Shown piece by piece: positions 55,532 to 64,000 of a DNA stretch of 64,000 nucleotides. Made by a program: the position numbers and the translations under genes. This stretch comes from an uncultured Actinomycetes bacterium. Its GTDB lineage: Bacteria > Actinomycetota > Actinomycetes > Streptosporangiales > Streptosporangiaceae. Below the pieces are notes generated by a model, which saw only the letters and a program-made list of their open reading frames with translations, was not told the DNA's origin and ran no database searches. Where the stretch lies: NCBI GenBank assembly GCA_963742795.1, contig CAVUNL010000010.1, positions 82,827-146,826 of the forward strand, in the 5' to 3' direction. The stretch's first letter is position 1; the number at the start of each line of letters is the position of its first letter.

Positions 55532-56308
55532 GTGTGCACCGTCGTGATCAGTCTCGCGCCCGCCGAACCGATGCCGCTGCTGCTCCTGGGCTTCCGTGAC
55601 GAACTCACCGGCCGGCCGTGGCAGCCACCGGCCCGGCACTGGCCGGGATCACCGCTGGTGGGCGGGCGTGACGAGCAGGCCGGCGGCACGTGGCTGGCGG
55701 TCCACCCGCAGATCCCGCGGGTCGCCTGCATCCTGAACGCCCGCGGCGCGCAGGCCCCGCCGCAAACCCGCCACTCCCGCGGCGAGCTCCCGCTCCGCGC
55801 CGCCGCCGAGGGCCAGCAGGCCCTCAAAGACCTGTACGACCAACGAGACACACTGGCCAGCTACGACCCGTTCCTCCTGATCTGCGCCGACCTGTCCTCC
55901 GCGCTGATGCTCGGCTGGGACGGCACCCGCGCCGCCCTGGAGAATTTCGAGCCGGACCAGACCCACGTCATCACCAACGCAGGCCACACCTACCCGTCGG
56001 CCCCAGAGCACACAGACGCCAAGGCCGGGCACTTCGGTGCCAAGTTCGCCGCGTACCGTCCCGACGCCGACCCGGCGGCCACCATCAAGGATGCCTGGGG
56101 CGACTGGCTCACGCTGGCCGGCGGGGACGGCCTGTCCGACACCGACCCGGCCGCGATCGTCGTCCGGCACGAACTGCCCGACGGCCGCGTGTACGGCACC
56201 ACGTCGGTCAGCCTGGTCGCCCTCGGCCCCCACGCCCTGCGCTACGACTTCCAGCCCGTGCCCGCCGACCCGACCACCTGGTACCCCATCGACCTCCAGG
56301 CCCGCTGA
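55532..56308 (+). CDS. NRDE-family (TANGO2/DUF833-like) protein
   Basis: The GTG start gives (M)CTVVISL...PLLLLGFRDELTGRPW, matching the family N-terminus. Confidence 0.7.
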   Translation: MCTVVISLAPAEPMPLLLLGFRDELTGRPWQPPARHWPGSPLVGGRDEQAGGTWLAVHPQIPRVACILNARGAQAPPQTRHSRGELPLRAAAEGQQALKDLYDQRDTLASYDPFLLICADLSSALMLGWDGTRAALENFEPDQTHVITNAGHTYPSAPEHTDAKAGHFGAKFAAYRPDADPAATIKDAWGDWLTLAGGDGLSDTDPAAIVVRHELPDGRVYGTTSVSLVALGPHALRYDFQPVPADPTTWYPIDLQAR

Positions 56309-57556
56309 CCGCTCCCGCCGGCCGACGGCCAGCGGCGAGAAGACGGCCAGCGCGATCGCCGCCGGAAGGGCCAGGGCCCAGCCGCAGAATCCCAGCATCA
56401 CGGTGACGGCCAGCCCGGCCAGCAGGGCAGCCAGCCGCACCCGCCCGCGCAGGACCCGCACCGCGGCGGCCATGGCACCCAGGTACACGGCGAGGAACAG
56501 CACCGTCGGCACCGCGACCAGGGCGGCGGTACCGACGATCCGCAGCCCGTACAGGGTGATCAGCAGCAGGCCCGCGATGCCGATCGCCGCCAGCAGCCGG
56601 ACCATCGGCGCGGAACGCCGGCCGCCCGGTGCGGAGTACGAGCCACCTGGTGCGGCCTGGACCAGCTGCCCGGCCAGCGCGGCGGCGCCGTTGATGTAGG
56701 CGTTGGTGGCGCCGAGGGTCAGCACGATGGCGGCCACCGCGGCGGCGTCCGGGCCGACCGTGCCGATGGCGCGGCTGAGCAGGGCGGCCAGCGGGATGTC
56801 GGTGGCCGCCGAGGGCCCCAGGACGCTGATGGTGGCGACCGCCAGGCCCAGGTACAGGACGGTGGTGACGGCCAGGGCGATGGCCACCGCCCGCGGCAGC
56901 TGCCGGGCCGGGTCCGCGAACCGCGTGGTGAGCGGGGCAACGGCCTCCCAGCCGGCGAAGGAGAACATCAGCGTCGCCGCCGCGCTGCCCACCGACAGCC
57001 AGCCGTGCGGCGCGAACGGGGTCCAGTTGCCGGCCCGGGCGGCCGACGCTGACCCGGTCACCGCCACGACCACCACCACGGTCAGCAGGCTGACCAGGAC
57101 CAGCTGGGCCGTCGCGCTGGCCCGCAGCCCGCCGGCGGCCAGGGCGAGAACGGTCAGCAGCAGCACGGCGGCCACGGCCGCGCGGGTGACCTGGCCGCCT
57201 CCGGTCAGGTCGGTGACGTAGCTCGCGCCGATCAGGCAGACGATCGGGGCGCCGCCCACCACCCCGGCCAGGAACATCCAGCCGGTCGCCCGCCCGGCCC
57301 GCGGTCCCAGGCCCGCGGTGACGTAGCCCATCACCCCGCCGGCCGACGGGATCTGCCTGCCCAGGGCCGAGAACACGGCGGCGAACAGGCCGGACAGCCC
57401 CAGCAGCGCCAGCCAGGCCAGGATCGAGGCCGGGCCGGCCTCGGCGGCGGCCAGCCCCGGCAGGAGCAGCAGGCCGGGGCCCAGGATCGCCCCGATGTAG
57501 AGCGCAGCCCCCCGCGAGGTGGTCAGGTGCCGGGATTCACCGGGTGTCAGTGCCAT
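55649..57556 (-). CDS. APC-family amino acid permease. The 3' end is uncertain because no stop occurs until 55649.
   Basis: About 12 TM helices down to roughly 56300. The last ~215 codons are antisense to the NRDE gene and look non-coding (Gly/Val/Arg-rich). Confidence 0.7.
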   Translation of the reverse strand: MALTPGESRHLTTSRGAALYIGAILGPGLLLLPGLAAAEAGPASILAWLALLGLSGLFAAVFSALGRQIPSAGGVMGYVTAGLGPRAGRATGWMFLAGVVGGAPIVCLIGASYVTDLTGGGQVTRAAVAAVLLLTVLALAAGGLRASATAQLVLVSLLTVVVVVAVTGSASAARAGNWTPFAPHGWLSVGSAAATLMFSFAGWEAVAPLTTRFADPARQLPRAVAIALAVTTVLYLGLAVATISVLGPSAATDIPLAALLSRAIGTVGPDAAAVAAIVLTLGATNAYINGAAALAGQLVQAAPGGSYSAPGGRRSAPMVRLLAAIGIAGLLLITLYGLRIVGTAALVAVPTVLFLAVYLGAMAAAVRVLRGRVRLAALLAGLAVTVMLGFCGWALALPAAIALAVFSPLAVGRRERSAGLEVDGVPGGRVGGHGLEVVAQGVGAEGDQADRRGAVHAAVGQFVPDDDRGRVGVGQAVPAGQREPVAPGILDGGRRVGVGTVRGELGTEVPGLGVCVLWGRRVGVACVGDDVGLVRLEILQGGAGAVPAEHQRGGQVGADQEERVVAGQCVSLVVQVFEGLLALGGGAERELAAGVAGLRRGLRAAGVQDAGDPRDLRVDRQPRAAGLLVTPAHQR

Positions 57557-57661
57557 ACCTTCACCATCGCCGAATCGGCCCCGCACGCGATGGCAAATAT
57601 TGCGCTAGTCAGGCCTATTAATGCAATGCTGTTGCGTGATTCAGGCCTTACCTTATATTTC

Positions 57662-58156
57662 ATGCCTGAACATGTCCCGGACCGGGTAGATCGTGCCATC
57701 CTGGCCACGCTCCAGCGCGACGGCCGGATGGCCAACGTCGATCTCGCGGACGCCATCTCGCTGTCGCCGTCGGCCTGCCTGCGCCGCGTGAAGGCGCTGG
57801 AGGCCAGCGGCATCATCGCCGGGTACCGCGCGGAGGTCAGCCGGGCGCGGGCCGGGCTCGGCCTGACCGTCTTCATCGGCCTGAAGGTCGAGAAGCACTC
57901 GCAGGAGACCTCCATCCGGGTCGAGCAGGCCCTGCTGGCCATCCCCGCGATCGTCGCCTGCTACCTGGTCTCCGGGAGCAGCGACTTCCTGGTCGAGGCC
58001 GCCGTACCGGACCTCGCTGGCTACGAGCAACTGCTCCTCGGACAGATCCTCACGATCCCGTCCGTGGTCGAGGCCCAGAGCACGTTCGCGATCCGGACCG
58101 TCCTGAACCGCGGGCCGTTGCCTTTGGACCACTGGCGGGGCCAGCCAGGCCGCTAA
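57662..58156 (+). CDS. Lrp/AsnC family transcriptional regulator
   Basis: DRAILATLQRDGRMANVDLADAISLSPSACLRRVKALEASGII. Divergent from the permease across an AT-rich 105-bp spacer containing a repeated TCAGGCCT. Confidence 0.85.
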   Translation: MPEHVPDRVDRAILATLQRDGRMANVDLADAISLSPSACLRRVKALEASGIIAGYRAEVSRARAGLGLTVFIGLKVEKHSQETSIRVEQALLAIPAIVACYLVSGSSDFLVEAAVPDLAGYEQLLLGQILTIPSVVEAQSTFAIRTVLNRGPLPLDHWRGQPGR

Positions 58157-58168
58157 CAAAGGAGAAGC

Positions 58169-59683
58169 TCAGAAGAACTCGAAGTACTCCCGCATCTCCC
58201 AGTCGCTCACGTCCGGGACCCCCGGATCCCCGGAGGCCGCCGACGACGCCAGCGCGTCCTCGTACCGGCGGATCTCGGCCCGCTTCATCATGACCAGGTA
58301 ATCGACCAGCGTGGCCCCGAACACCGACCGGTAGAACTGGTCCGCGTCCAGCGCCGCCACCGCCTCGCTCAGCGACCCGGGCAGCGGCGGCGCCTCGGCG
58401 GCGTACGGGTCGGCCGACACCGGGGGCGGCGGCTCCAGGTTCCGCCGGATGCCGTCCAGCCCGGCCGCGATGTTCGACGCCAGGTAGAAGTACGGGTTCG
58501 CGGCCGGCTCCCCGAGCCGCATCTCCACGTGGCTGCTGGCGTCCCCGGGCGCGCCCTGGACCCGGACCAGCGCACCGCGGTTCTCCTCCGCCCAGGACAC
58601 CCGGTCCGGCGCGAACGAGTAGGGGCGGAACCGCTTGTACCCGTTGACGGTGGGCACCGCGAACACCGCCATCGGCGCGGTGTGCTCAAGCAGCCCGGCC
58701 ACGTACCGCCGGCCGATGTCCGACAACGCCCCGGAAGCAGAGGCGAACGCGTTCGACCGGGCCGGCCGGTTCAGCAGCGACTGGTGCAGGTGCCAGCCGG
58801 AGGAGAAGAAGTTGGGCAGCGCCGGCCGGCACATGAACGTGGCCAGCAGCCCGCGCCGCTGGCAGACCTGCTTGACCGCCGACCGGAACAGCACGGCGGC
58901 ATCAGCCGCTGCCATACCAGAAAGAGGCGAAAAGCTGACCTCGATCTGCCCTGGGCCCCACTCGTCCTCGATCGACCGCGGCAGCAGCCCGACCCCGTCC
59001 AGCGCGTCGCGGATCGCCTCCAGGACCGGCCCCATGCCATCCAGCCGAACCTCCGACAGGTACTGGTAACCCCGCTCGAACACGCTGACCGCCGGCGGCG
59101 GCGGCGTGAACCCCGCGTCGACAGGCGACAGCGGCCCCGGAGTAAGGACCACGATGTAGAACTCGACCTCGATCCCGGCCAGGAAGTCGTACCCCGCCTC
59201 GGCCAGCGAACCAAGGACCCGCCGCAGCAGCCCGCGCCCGTCCAGCGGCATCGGCTGCCCGTTGCCGAAGTACACGTCGCACAGCATCCACCCGGTGCGA
59301 TCCGCCCACGGCAGGACCCGGAACGTGGCCGGATCGGGCACCAGCATCACGTCCGGGAACCCGGTGAACTCCTCGATCCCGAACCCGCCGCCCCGCGCGA
59401 ACGCGGGCACGAACACCTGGTTGCCGGTGTCCAGGCTGTAGATCGCGCCGGAGAAGTCGAGCCCGTCGGACATGGCCGCGATGGCCGCCTCCGGGGACAG
59501 CATCTTGCCCCGCGGCACGCCGTGCTGGTCGACCACGGCCAGCCGGACCGTCCGCAGCCCCAGCGAACGGATCCGAGCTATCACCTCCTGCGCCAGGGCC
59601 TCTCGCTCCGGGGAGGCCAGTCCGTGCCGGCCTACGAACCCCGGCTGCCCGACACCAGAAGGATCAATGCTCACAGGAGTCAA
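58169..59683 (-). CDS. Glutamine synthetase family protein (GlnA-like / gamma-glutamyl-amine ligase type)
   Basis: GS catalytic-domain motifs (EVEFY, GWHLHQSL, NGYKRF, MRLGEPAANPY). Confidence 0.85.
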   Translation of the reverse strand: MTPVSIDPSGVGQPGFVGRHGLASPEREALAQEVIARIRSLGLRTVRLAVVDQHGVPRGKMLSPEAAIAAMSDGLDFSGAIYSLDTGNQVFVPAFARGGGFGIEEFTGFPDVMLVPDPATFRVLPWADRTGWMLCDVYFGNGQPMPLDGRGLLRRVLGSLAEAGYDFLAGIEVEFYIVVLTPGPLSPVDAGFTPPPPAVSVFERGYQYLSEVRLDGMGPVLEAIRDALDGVGLLPRSIEDEWGPGQIEVSFSPLSGMAAADAAVLFRSAVKQVCQRRGLLATFMCRPALPNFFSSGWHLHQSLLNRPARSNAFASASGALSDIGRRYVAGLLEHTAPMAVFAVPTVNGYKRFRPYSFAPDRVSWAEENRGALVRVQGAPGDASSHVEMRLGEPAANPYFYLASNIAAGLDGIRRNLEPPPPVSADPYAAEAPPLPGSLSEAVAALDADQFYRSVFGATLVDYLVMMKRAEIRRYEDALASSAASGDPGVPDVSDWEMREYFEFF

Positions 59684-59699
59684 TAATGCCGTGAATCGC

Positions 59700-60677
59700 T
59701 CACGGCAGGCGCGCCGGCAGGCCCAGGCTGGCGAAGATCGGCTCGGTGTCGAGGAAGAACGTCAGACGGCCGAACCGCCCGTCCCAGGCCTGGTGGACCT
59801 GCAGCGCCCACGGGATGTGCCCGCCCGCCGGGTCCGGCTTGTACTGAGCCCACGCGGGCACGCCGTTGACCTGGCCCGCGGGCACCAGGATTGAGTCGCG
59901 GCACAGGCTCGGCGTCGGCTCGACCATCCAGCGGCAGATGTCCGGCGCACCCTTGAGCCACAAGGTGTACGGCGGCATGGTCATGACCGCGTCGTCGTGC
60001 AGCAGCGTGACCAACTCGTCCAGGTCGTAGCCCTGGAACGCGTCCACGTACCTGGCCAGCAGGTCGGCCTGATCGGCCTCGACCGCGACCGCGCGCTGGT
60101 CCTCGGGCAGCGCGGCCAGCGTGGCCCGGGCCCGCTGCAGCGCGCTGTTCACCGCGGGCACGCTGGTGCCGAGCGTGGTGGCGGCCTCCGCTGCGGGCAT
60201 CCGCAGCACCTCGCACAAGATCAGCGCGGCCCGCTGCCGGGCCGGCAGGTGCTGCAGCGCGGTCACGAACGCCAGCCTGATCGTGTCCCGGGCCACCGCG
60301 ATGTCGGCCGGATCGCCGTGCTCGGGCAGCACCCGCTCGTCGGCGATCGGCGAGATCCAGGCCTCGTCCGGGCGCCAGTCGCCGAACAGCGCCTCGACCG
60401 GCGGCGAGGCCGGCCCTAGATCCATCGGCAGCGCCCGGCGCTGTCGGCCGCGCAGCATGTCAAGGCAGATATTGGTCGCGATCCGGTACAGCCACGACCG
60501 CACGCTCGACCGGCCCTCGAACCCGTCGGCCGCGCGCCAGGCCCGCAGCATGGTCTCCTGCACGGCGTCGTCGGCTTCGAACCCAGAGCCCAGCATGCGG
60601 TAGCAGTACCCGGTCAGCTCCCGGCGGTACTCCTCAAGCTTGTCCGGGCTCACCTCGGCTGATGTGGTAGACGGCAT
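59700..60677 (-). CDS. ECF sigma factor with a C-terminal SnoaL/NTF2-like extension
   Basis: Region 2 (DAVQETMLRAWRA...WLYRIATNICLDMLR) and region 4 (ALILCEVLRMPAAEAATTLGTSVPAVNSALQRAR), plus a ~130-aa tail. Confidence 0.8.
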   Translation of the reverse strand: MPSTTSAEVSPDKLEEYRRELTGYCYRMLGSGFEADDAVQETMLRAWRAADGFEGRSSVRSWLYRIATNICLDMLRGRQRRALPMDLGPASPPVEALFGDWRPDEAWISPIADERVLPEHGDPADIAVARDTIRLAFVTALQHLPARQRAALILCEVLRMPAAEAATTLGTSVPAVNSALQRARATLAALPEDQRAVAVEADQADLLARYVDAFQGYDLDELVTLLHDDAVMTMPPYTLWLKGAPDICRWMVEPTPSLCRDSILVPAGQVNGVPAWAQYKPDPAGGHIPWALQVHQAWDGRFGRLTFFLDTEPIFASLGLPARLP

Positions 60678-60723
60678 GCTGGCACCCTACGTCGGCCCCC
60701 TGACATTTAAGGCGGGGATATTT

Positions 60724-61161
60724 TCAGGCGGGCTCCATCCCGTACCGGCTCATCAGCTCGCGCTCGGCCTCCCGGGTCGGCGGCTCGGGCCCGGCCCACA
60801 GCGTGTCCAGCTCGGCGAAGTAGGCGTCCATGGCCGGGGCGTGCAGCACCAGCAGCCGGGCCGGGCCCGCGCCCCGGTTGCCGAACGTATGACCCGCCCC
60901 GCGCGGCACCAGCAGGAAGTCCCCGGCCCCGCCTGCTAGTTCCGCCGAATCCAGCCAGAAGGTGATCGTGCCGTCGAGCACGAAGAACGCCTCCGAGCAG
61001 TTCACGTGGCGGTGCGGCGGCGGGGTGCGGGCCCCCGGCGGCACGGTCCGCTCCATCAGCGAGAAGTCGCCGCCCGTCTGGGCCGCTACCGCCTTGAACG
61101 CCATCACGTTCCCGCGCGCGGTCAGCAGCCTCCCCTGTCCCGATGGCACGATCCCCGTCAT
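60724..61161 (-). CDS. Cupin domain protein
   Basis: PPHRHVNCSEAFFVLDGTITF...FLLVPRGAGHTF. Only the last 145 codons of the 318-aa track ORF look coding. Confidence 0.7.
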   Translation of the reverse strand: MTGIVPSGQGRLLTARGNVMAFKAVAAQTGGDFSLMERTVPPGARTPPPHRHVNCSEAFFVLDGTITFWLDSAELAGGAGDFLLVPRGAGHTFGNRGAGPARLLVLHAPAMDAYFAELDTLWAGPEPPTREAERELMSRYGMEPA

Positions 61162-61179
61162 GATGCCTATCCTCTCAAC

Positions 61180-61945
61180 ATGAGCGACCTGCTCGCCGAC
61201 GCGAAGGCCGAGCTGTACCAGGGCGACCCGGAGGAGTTCATGGCCCGCCGCGGTGAGCTCGTCGCCCAGGCCCGCGAGGCCGGGCAGGCCGCCGTGGCCA
61301 AGCAGATCGGCGCGCTGCGCAAGCCGACCCGGTCGGCGTGGCTGGTGAACCGCCTGGTCCGCGCCGAGCCCGAGGTCACCGCCCGGCTGGCCGCGCTGGC
61401 GACCGAGCTTCGCGACGGGGGACTGGACGGCGGGCGGATCCGGGAGCTGACCGTGGCCCGGGCGCGGTTGGTCGACGAGCTCACCCGGCAGGCCCTCGAC
61501 GGCCTCCCCGCCGCGCCCGCGGGGGTCCGCGAGGAGGTGGCGGCCACCTTCGACGCGGCCCTGGCCGACCCCGAGGTGGCGGCGAATCTCGGCACCCTGG
61601 TCCGCGCCGCGCACTGGGCCGGCTTCGGCCTGGACCCGAGACGGCGCGCCGGCGCCACCCCCGCCAGCTGCGAAAACCAAGAAACCCGCGCCGGCTGAGC
61701 CCAGTGCCGAGCGGGAACGCCGTCACCGCGAGAAAATCATTTCGGCCGAACGGGCCGTGGCTGAAGCCGACGGTGCCGCCGACGCCGCTAACGCGGCTGA
61801 GCGGGAGCTGGAGGACGCGGTCCGGCGGCTGGAAGCCGAGCTGGCGCAGGCCCGCCAGCAGCTCGCGGACGCCCGGCGGCAGGCCTACCGGGCCGAGTCG
61901 CAGCAGCGGCGGGCGGGCGAGACGCTGCGCCGGCTCCGGGAGTAA
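61180..61945 (+). CDS. Conserved hypothetical protein with a C-terminal coiled coil, split by a 1-nt frame shift
   Basis: Frame 1 (MSDLLADAKAELYQGDPEEF...HWAGFGLDP) stops at 61698. A sensible continuation (PPPAAKTKKPAPAEPSAERERRHREKIISAERAVAEAD...coiled coil) is in frame 2 to 61945. The shift lies within 61636-61663. Confidence 0.5.
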
Positions 61946-62024
61946 ACCTTCCGGGGTGGCCAGCGTCTCTAATACACGTGAGGCCGCCGTGCCTTCTGGA
62001 AGATTGTGCCGGAACGGAGGATCG

Positions 62025-62561
62025 GTGGACACGCTAACCGGGGTTGAACATCTAGCCGAGCCGGATGGGTTTCGTGACTTCGTCGAGGCGCGATCATCGG
62101 CCTTGCTGCGGTCTGGCTGGCTGCTGACGGGGGACTGGCCGAGCGCGGAGGACCTGGTCCAGACCGCGCTGGCCGCGACCTGGCCGCGCTGGTCCAGCCT
62201 GCGCAGGCAGGACGCGCCGGAGTTGTACGTGCGCAAGATCATGGTGAACACCTTCCTGCGCTGGCGGCAGCGGCGCTGGAACGGCGAGATCGCGACCGGC
62301 CGGCTTCCCGAGACGCAGGCCTACGACGTGTTCGCGCAGGTCGATGCGCGCCAGTCGCTGCTCGCGGCGCTGGACCGGCTGCCCGCCAGGCAGCGGGCCG
62401 TGGTCGTGCTCCGCTATTTCGCCGACCAGACCGAGTCGCAGACCGCGGAAGCGATGGGCTGTTCGGTGGGTGCGGTGAAGTCTCATGCGTCCAAGGCGCT
62501 GGCCCGGCTGCGGAACGCGCCAGGCCTGGCCGAGCTGATGACCGGAGAGGTGGCGTCGTGA
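62025..62561 (+). CDS. ECF sigma factor (actinobacterial SigE-like group)
   Basis: GGAGGA RBS then GTG. AEDLVQTALAATWPRW, YVRKIMVNTFL and RAVVVLRYFADQTESQTAEAMGCSVGAVKSHASKAL. Confidence 0.85.
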   Translation: MDTLTGVEHLAEPDGFRDFVEARSSALLRSGWLLTGDWPSAEDLVQTALAATWPRWSSLRRQDAPELYVRKIMVNTFLRWRQRRWNGEIATGRLPETQAYDVFAQVDARQSLLAALDRLPARQRAVVVLRYFADQTESQTAEAMGCSVGAVKSHASKALARLRNAPGLAELMTGEVAS

Positions 62562-63913
62562 ACACTGAGGAACGCAAGCTCGCCGACGTCCTGCACCGGA
62601 TCACGCCCGAGCCGCCGCGCCGGCTGACGGTCGAGCAGGTCGCGTACCGCCTGGTCAGCGAGCCCAAGCTCAGTCGTCAAACCCGGGGCCGGGAGCCTGC
62701 GGGTCCCCGCCTGCGGCGGCGTGGCCCGCTATTCAGCCGCGCCCTGGCGCCGGTGCTGGCCGCGGCGGCCGTCGTCGTCATCGCCGGCGCCAGCGCCGGC
62801 ATCGCGGTCCTGGCCAACTCGCACCACACCCCGCCGGCGTCGGCCGGCGGCGCGTCCGCCTCGTCGGCCAGTTCGTCCGCCTCGGCCTCGTCCTCGCCGA
62901 CCCAGACGTCCTCCTCGACCCAGCAGACCACGCCCGCGACCGGCCTCGCCGGAGCGCCCTGGGGCGCGGAGCTGATCGGCCACCAGGCGCTGGTCCAGGG
63001 TTCGCTGATAAGCGCCGACGGCTCGCTGTACGCGATCGGAAACACCAGCACGCTGGACCGGATCGACTCGGCCACGGGGGCCGTCGTGGCCTCGGTCCCG
63101 TACAACATGCCGGTCTGGAACCCGCCGGTCGTCGTCGGGAACACCGTCTGGATGGTGTCGTCCTACAACGGCGGCAACATCGTCCTGCAGGGTTATGATG
63201 CCCGCACGCTGGCGCGAACCTCCTCGTTGCTGGTGCCGGCCATCGGCGGGGTCTCCATTGGCGGCCAGGGGGTGCTCACCAGCGGGCCCGACGGGAACCT
63301 GTACGTGGCTGCGGGCGAGACGGTGGCGGTGGTGAACCCGGCTACCCGCCAGGAGATCCACCGGGTCCAGGTGCTGGCGGGCAAGACCAGTTCGGTGGCG
63401 GTCTCACCCGACGGCAGCAAGCTGTACGTCGGCATCGGCTCGTCGACCTCGTTCCGGCTGGTGGTCTTCAACCTGCCCAGTGACACGATCGCCAACGAGT
63501 CCACCCTGACCTCCGGCCGCGCCGGCGGGGACCTGGTCGCGACCTCGGGCGGGGTCTGGGGCACGACCGGGTCCGGGAACAGCCAGTGGACCTGGTTCGC
63601 CCCGAACGGGAACCTGGCCCAGGCCGTCCAGGTCGGCCGGGGCGCGGGCGGTGGCTGGATCTCGCTCCCCAGCTACAGTGGCGGCGTCGTCTGGGTCGGC
63701 GGCACGGGCGACGTGGTGTGCGCCAGCCCGGCCACCGGGCAGGTCCTGGCCAAGGCTGACATCCCGGCCGACCATGGCGTCGCCCAGTACTTCGCCAGTT
63801 CCGTGGTATCCGGCGGCCAGGCCTACTCGTACTACCAGAGCGACGCGTCGCAGCAGACCGGCCTGGTCCGCATGACCCCGCCCGCCGCCTGCACCGGCAA
63901 CGTCAGCTCGTAA
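62558..63913 (+). CDS. Membrane-anchored protein with a Ser-rich linker and a beta-propeller-like domain (possible cognate anti-sigma or sensor)
   Basis: Start overlaps the sigma gene stop. A short cytoplasmic N-terminus is followed by a TM helix (LAPVLAAAAVVVIAGASAGIAVL) and repeated YV/GG..W propeller-like blades. Confidence 0.6.
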   Translation: MNTEERKLADVLHRITPEPPRRLTVEQVAYRLVSEPKLSRQTRGREPAGPRLRRRGPLFSRALAPVLAAAAVVVIAGASAGIAVLANSHHTPPASAGGASASSASSSASASSSPTQTSSSTQQTTPATGLAGAPWGAELIGHQALVQGSLISADGSLYAIGNTSTLDRIDSATGAVVASVPYNMPVWNPPVVVGNTVWMVSSYNGGNIVLQGYDARTLARTSSLLVPAIGGVSIGGQGVLTSGPDGNLYVAAGETVAVVNPATRQEIHRVQVLAGKTSSVAVSPDGSKLYVGIGSSTSFRLVVFNLPSDTIANESTLTSGRAGGDLVATSGGVWGTTGSGNSQWTWFAPNGNLAQAVQVGRGAGGGWISLPSYSGGVVWVGGTGDVVCASPATGQVLAKADIPADHGVAQYFASSVVSGGQAYSYYQSDASQQTGLVRMTPPAACTGNVSS

Positions 63914-64000
63914 CTCCCGGGGGGACGACCCCCGGGATCCCCCCGCTCATGGGGGGGCTCCCCGCCCCCCATACCCCCTCGGCAGGTGGCGGCGGCCCCG

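Noticed and set aside
53993-56308. 771-aa plus-strand ORF
   Set aside because: The first ~510 codons are antisense to the GH2 gene. Only 55532-56308 matches the NRDE family.
61746-61760. Sixth motif-like sequence CCGAACGGGCCGTGG
   Set aside because: It lies inside a well-behaved coding frame (ISAERAVAEAD), differs at the palindrome centre and lacks a clear T-run. I treat it as possibly coincidental. Weaker look-alikes at 1-21 and 53024-53040 were set aside for the same reason.
62011-62040. GGAAC...CGCTAA as an ECF-type autoregulatory promoter
   Set aside because: The stretch is the GGAGGA ribosome-binding site and GTG start of the sigma gene itself, which is too close to serve as its promoter.

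Overview
This is a very GC-rich (roughly 70% by eye), gene-dense actinobacterial chromosomal segment. I found no rRNA, tRNA or CRISPR array.

Gene content from left to right:
- 0.1-3.8 kb: an RsbU/RsbW/STAS partner-switching module.
- A Ser/Thr kinase, then a lone sugar-ABC permease and a GH13 alpha-glucosidase.
- A G1-type peptidase and pspA.
- A PadR regulator with a MacB/FtsX-type ABC pair.
- recQ and a 2-hydroxyacid dehydrogenase.
- A homoprotocatechuate meta-cleavage cluster (FAH-RraA fusion, hpaE, hpaD).
- An acyl-CoA synthetase packed tightly behind a large sacsin-like GHKL ATPase.
- A LAL-type LuxR regulator followed by three paralogous ~70-aa proteins.
- A LeuRS lacking the CP1 editing domain.
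- GH5 and GH2 hydrolases.
- A rhodanese-CBS gene with an in-frame TGA.
- A lower-GC membrane-protein gene split by two IS elements (a degenerate ISKra4-like element and an intact ISL3).
- ArsR/SRPBCC/DHFR-like genes, a HepT/MntA toxin-antitoxin pair, Lrp with an APC permease, a glutamine-synthetase-like enzyme, and two ECF sigma factors.

Four themes recur:
1. At least five genes are split by single-base frame shifts. Three can be placed at short G/C runs, one at a doubled A inside a tandem repeat, and one is localised only to a ~28-nt interval. These are either assembly indels or real pseudogenes, and the sequence alone cannot tell which.
2. Several genes survive only as remnants: a GNAT, MocR/PPOX 3' ends joined 5' to 5', a metallophosphoesterase and an Ohr.
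3. A 15-nt motif, CCGAACGGACCGTGG, preceded by a T-run, occurs five times. All copies lie outside confident CDSs, and three sit just upstream of remnant genes.
4. Linker regions of several proteins carry short tandem repeats.

The candidates I rank highest for follow-up are the CP1-less LeuRS with its structured leader, the dispersed motif, the three small paralogs next to the LAL regulator, the TGA-containing rhodanese-CBS gene, and the GHKL ATPase operon.

Many long ORFs in the supplied track are high-GC composites or antisense artefacts. Start codons were re-picked by eye and are approximate.
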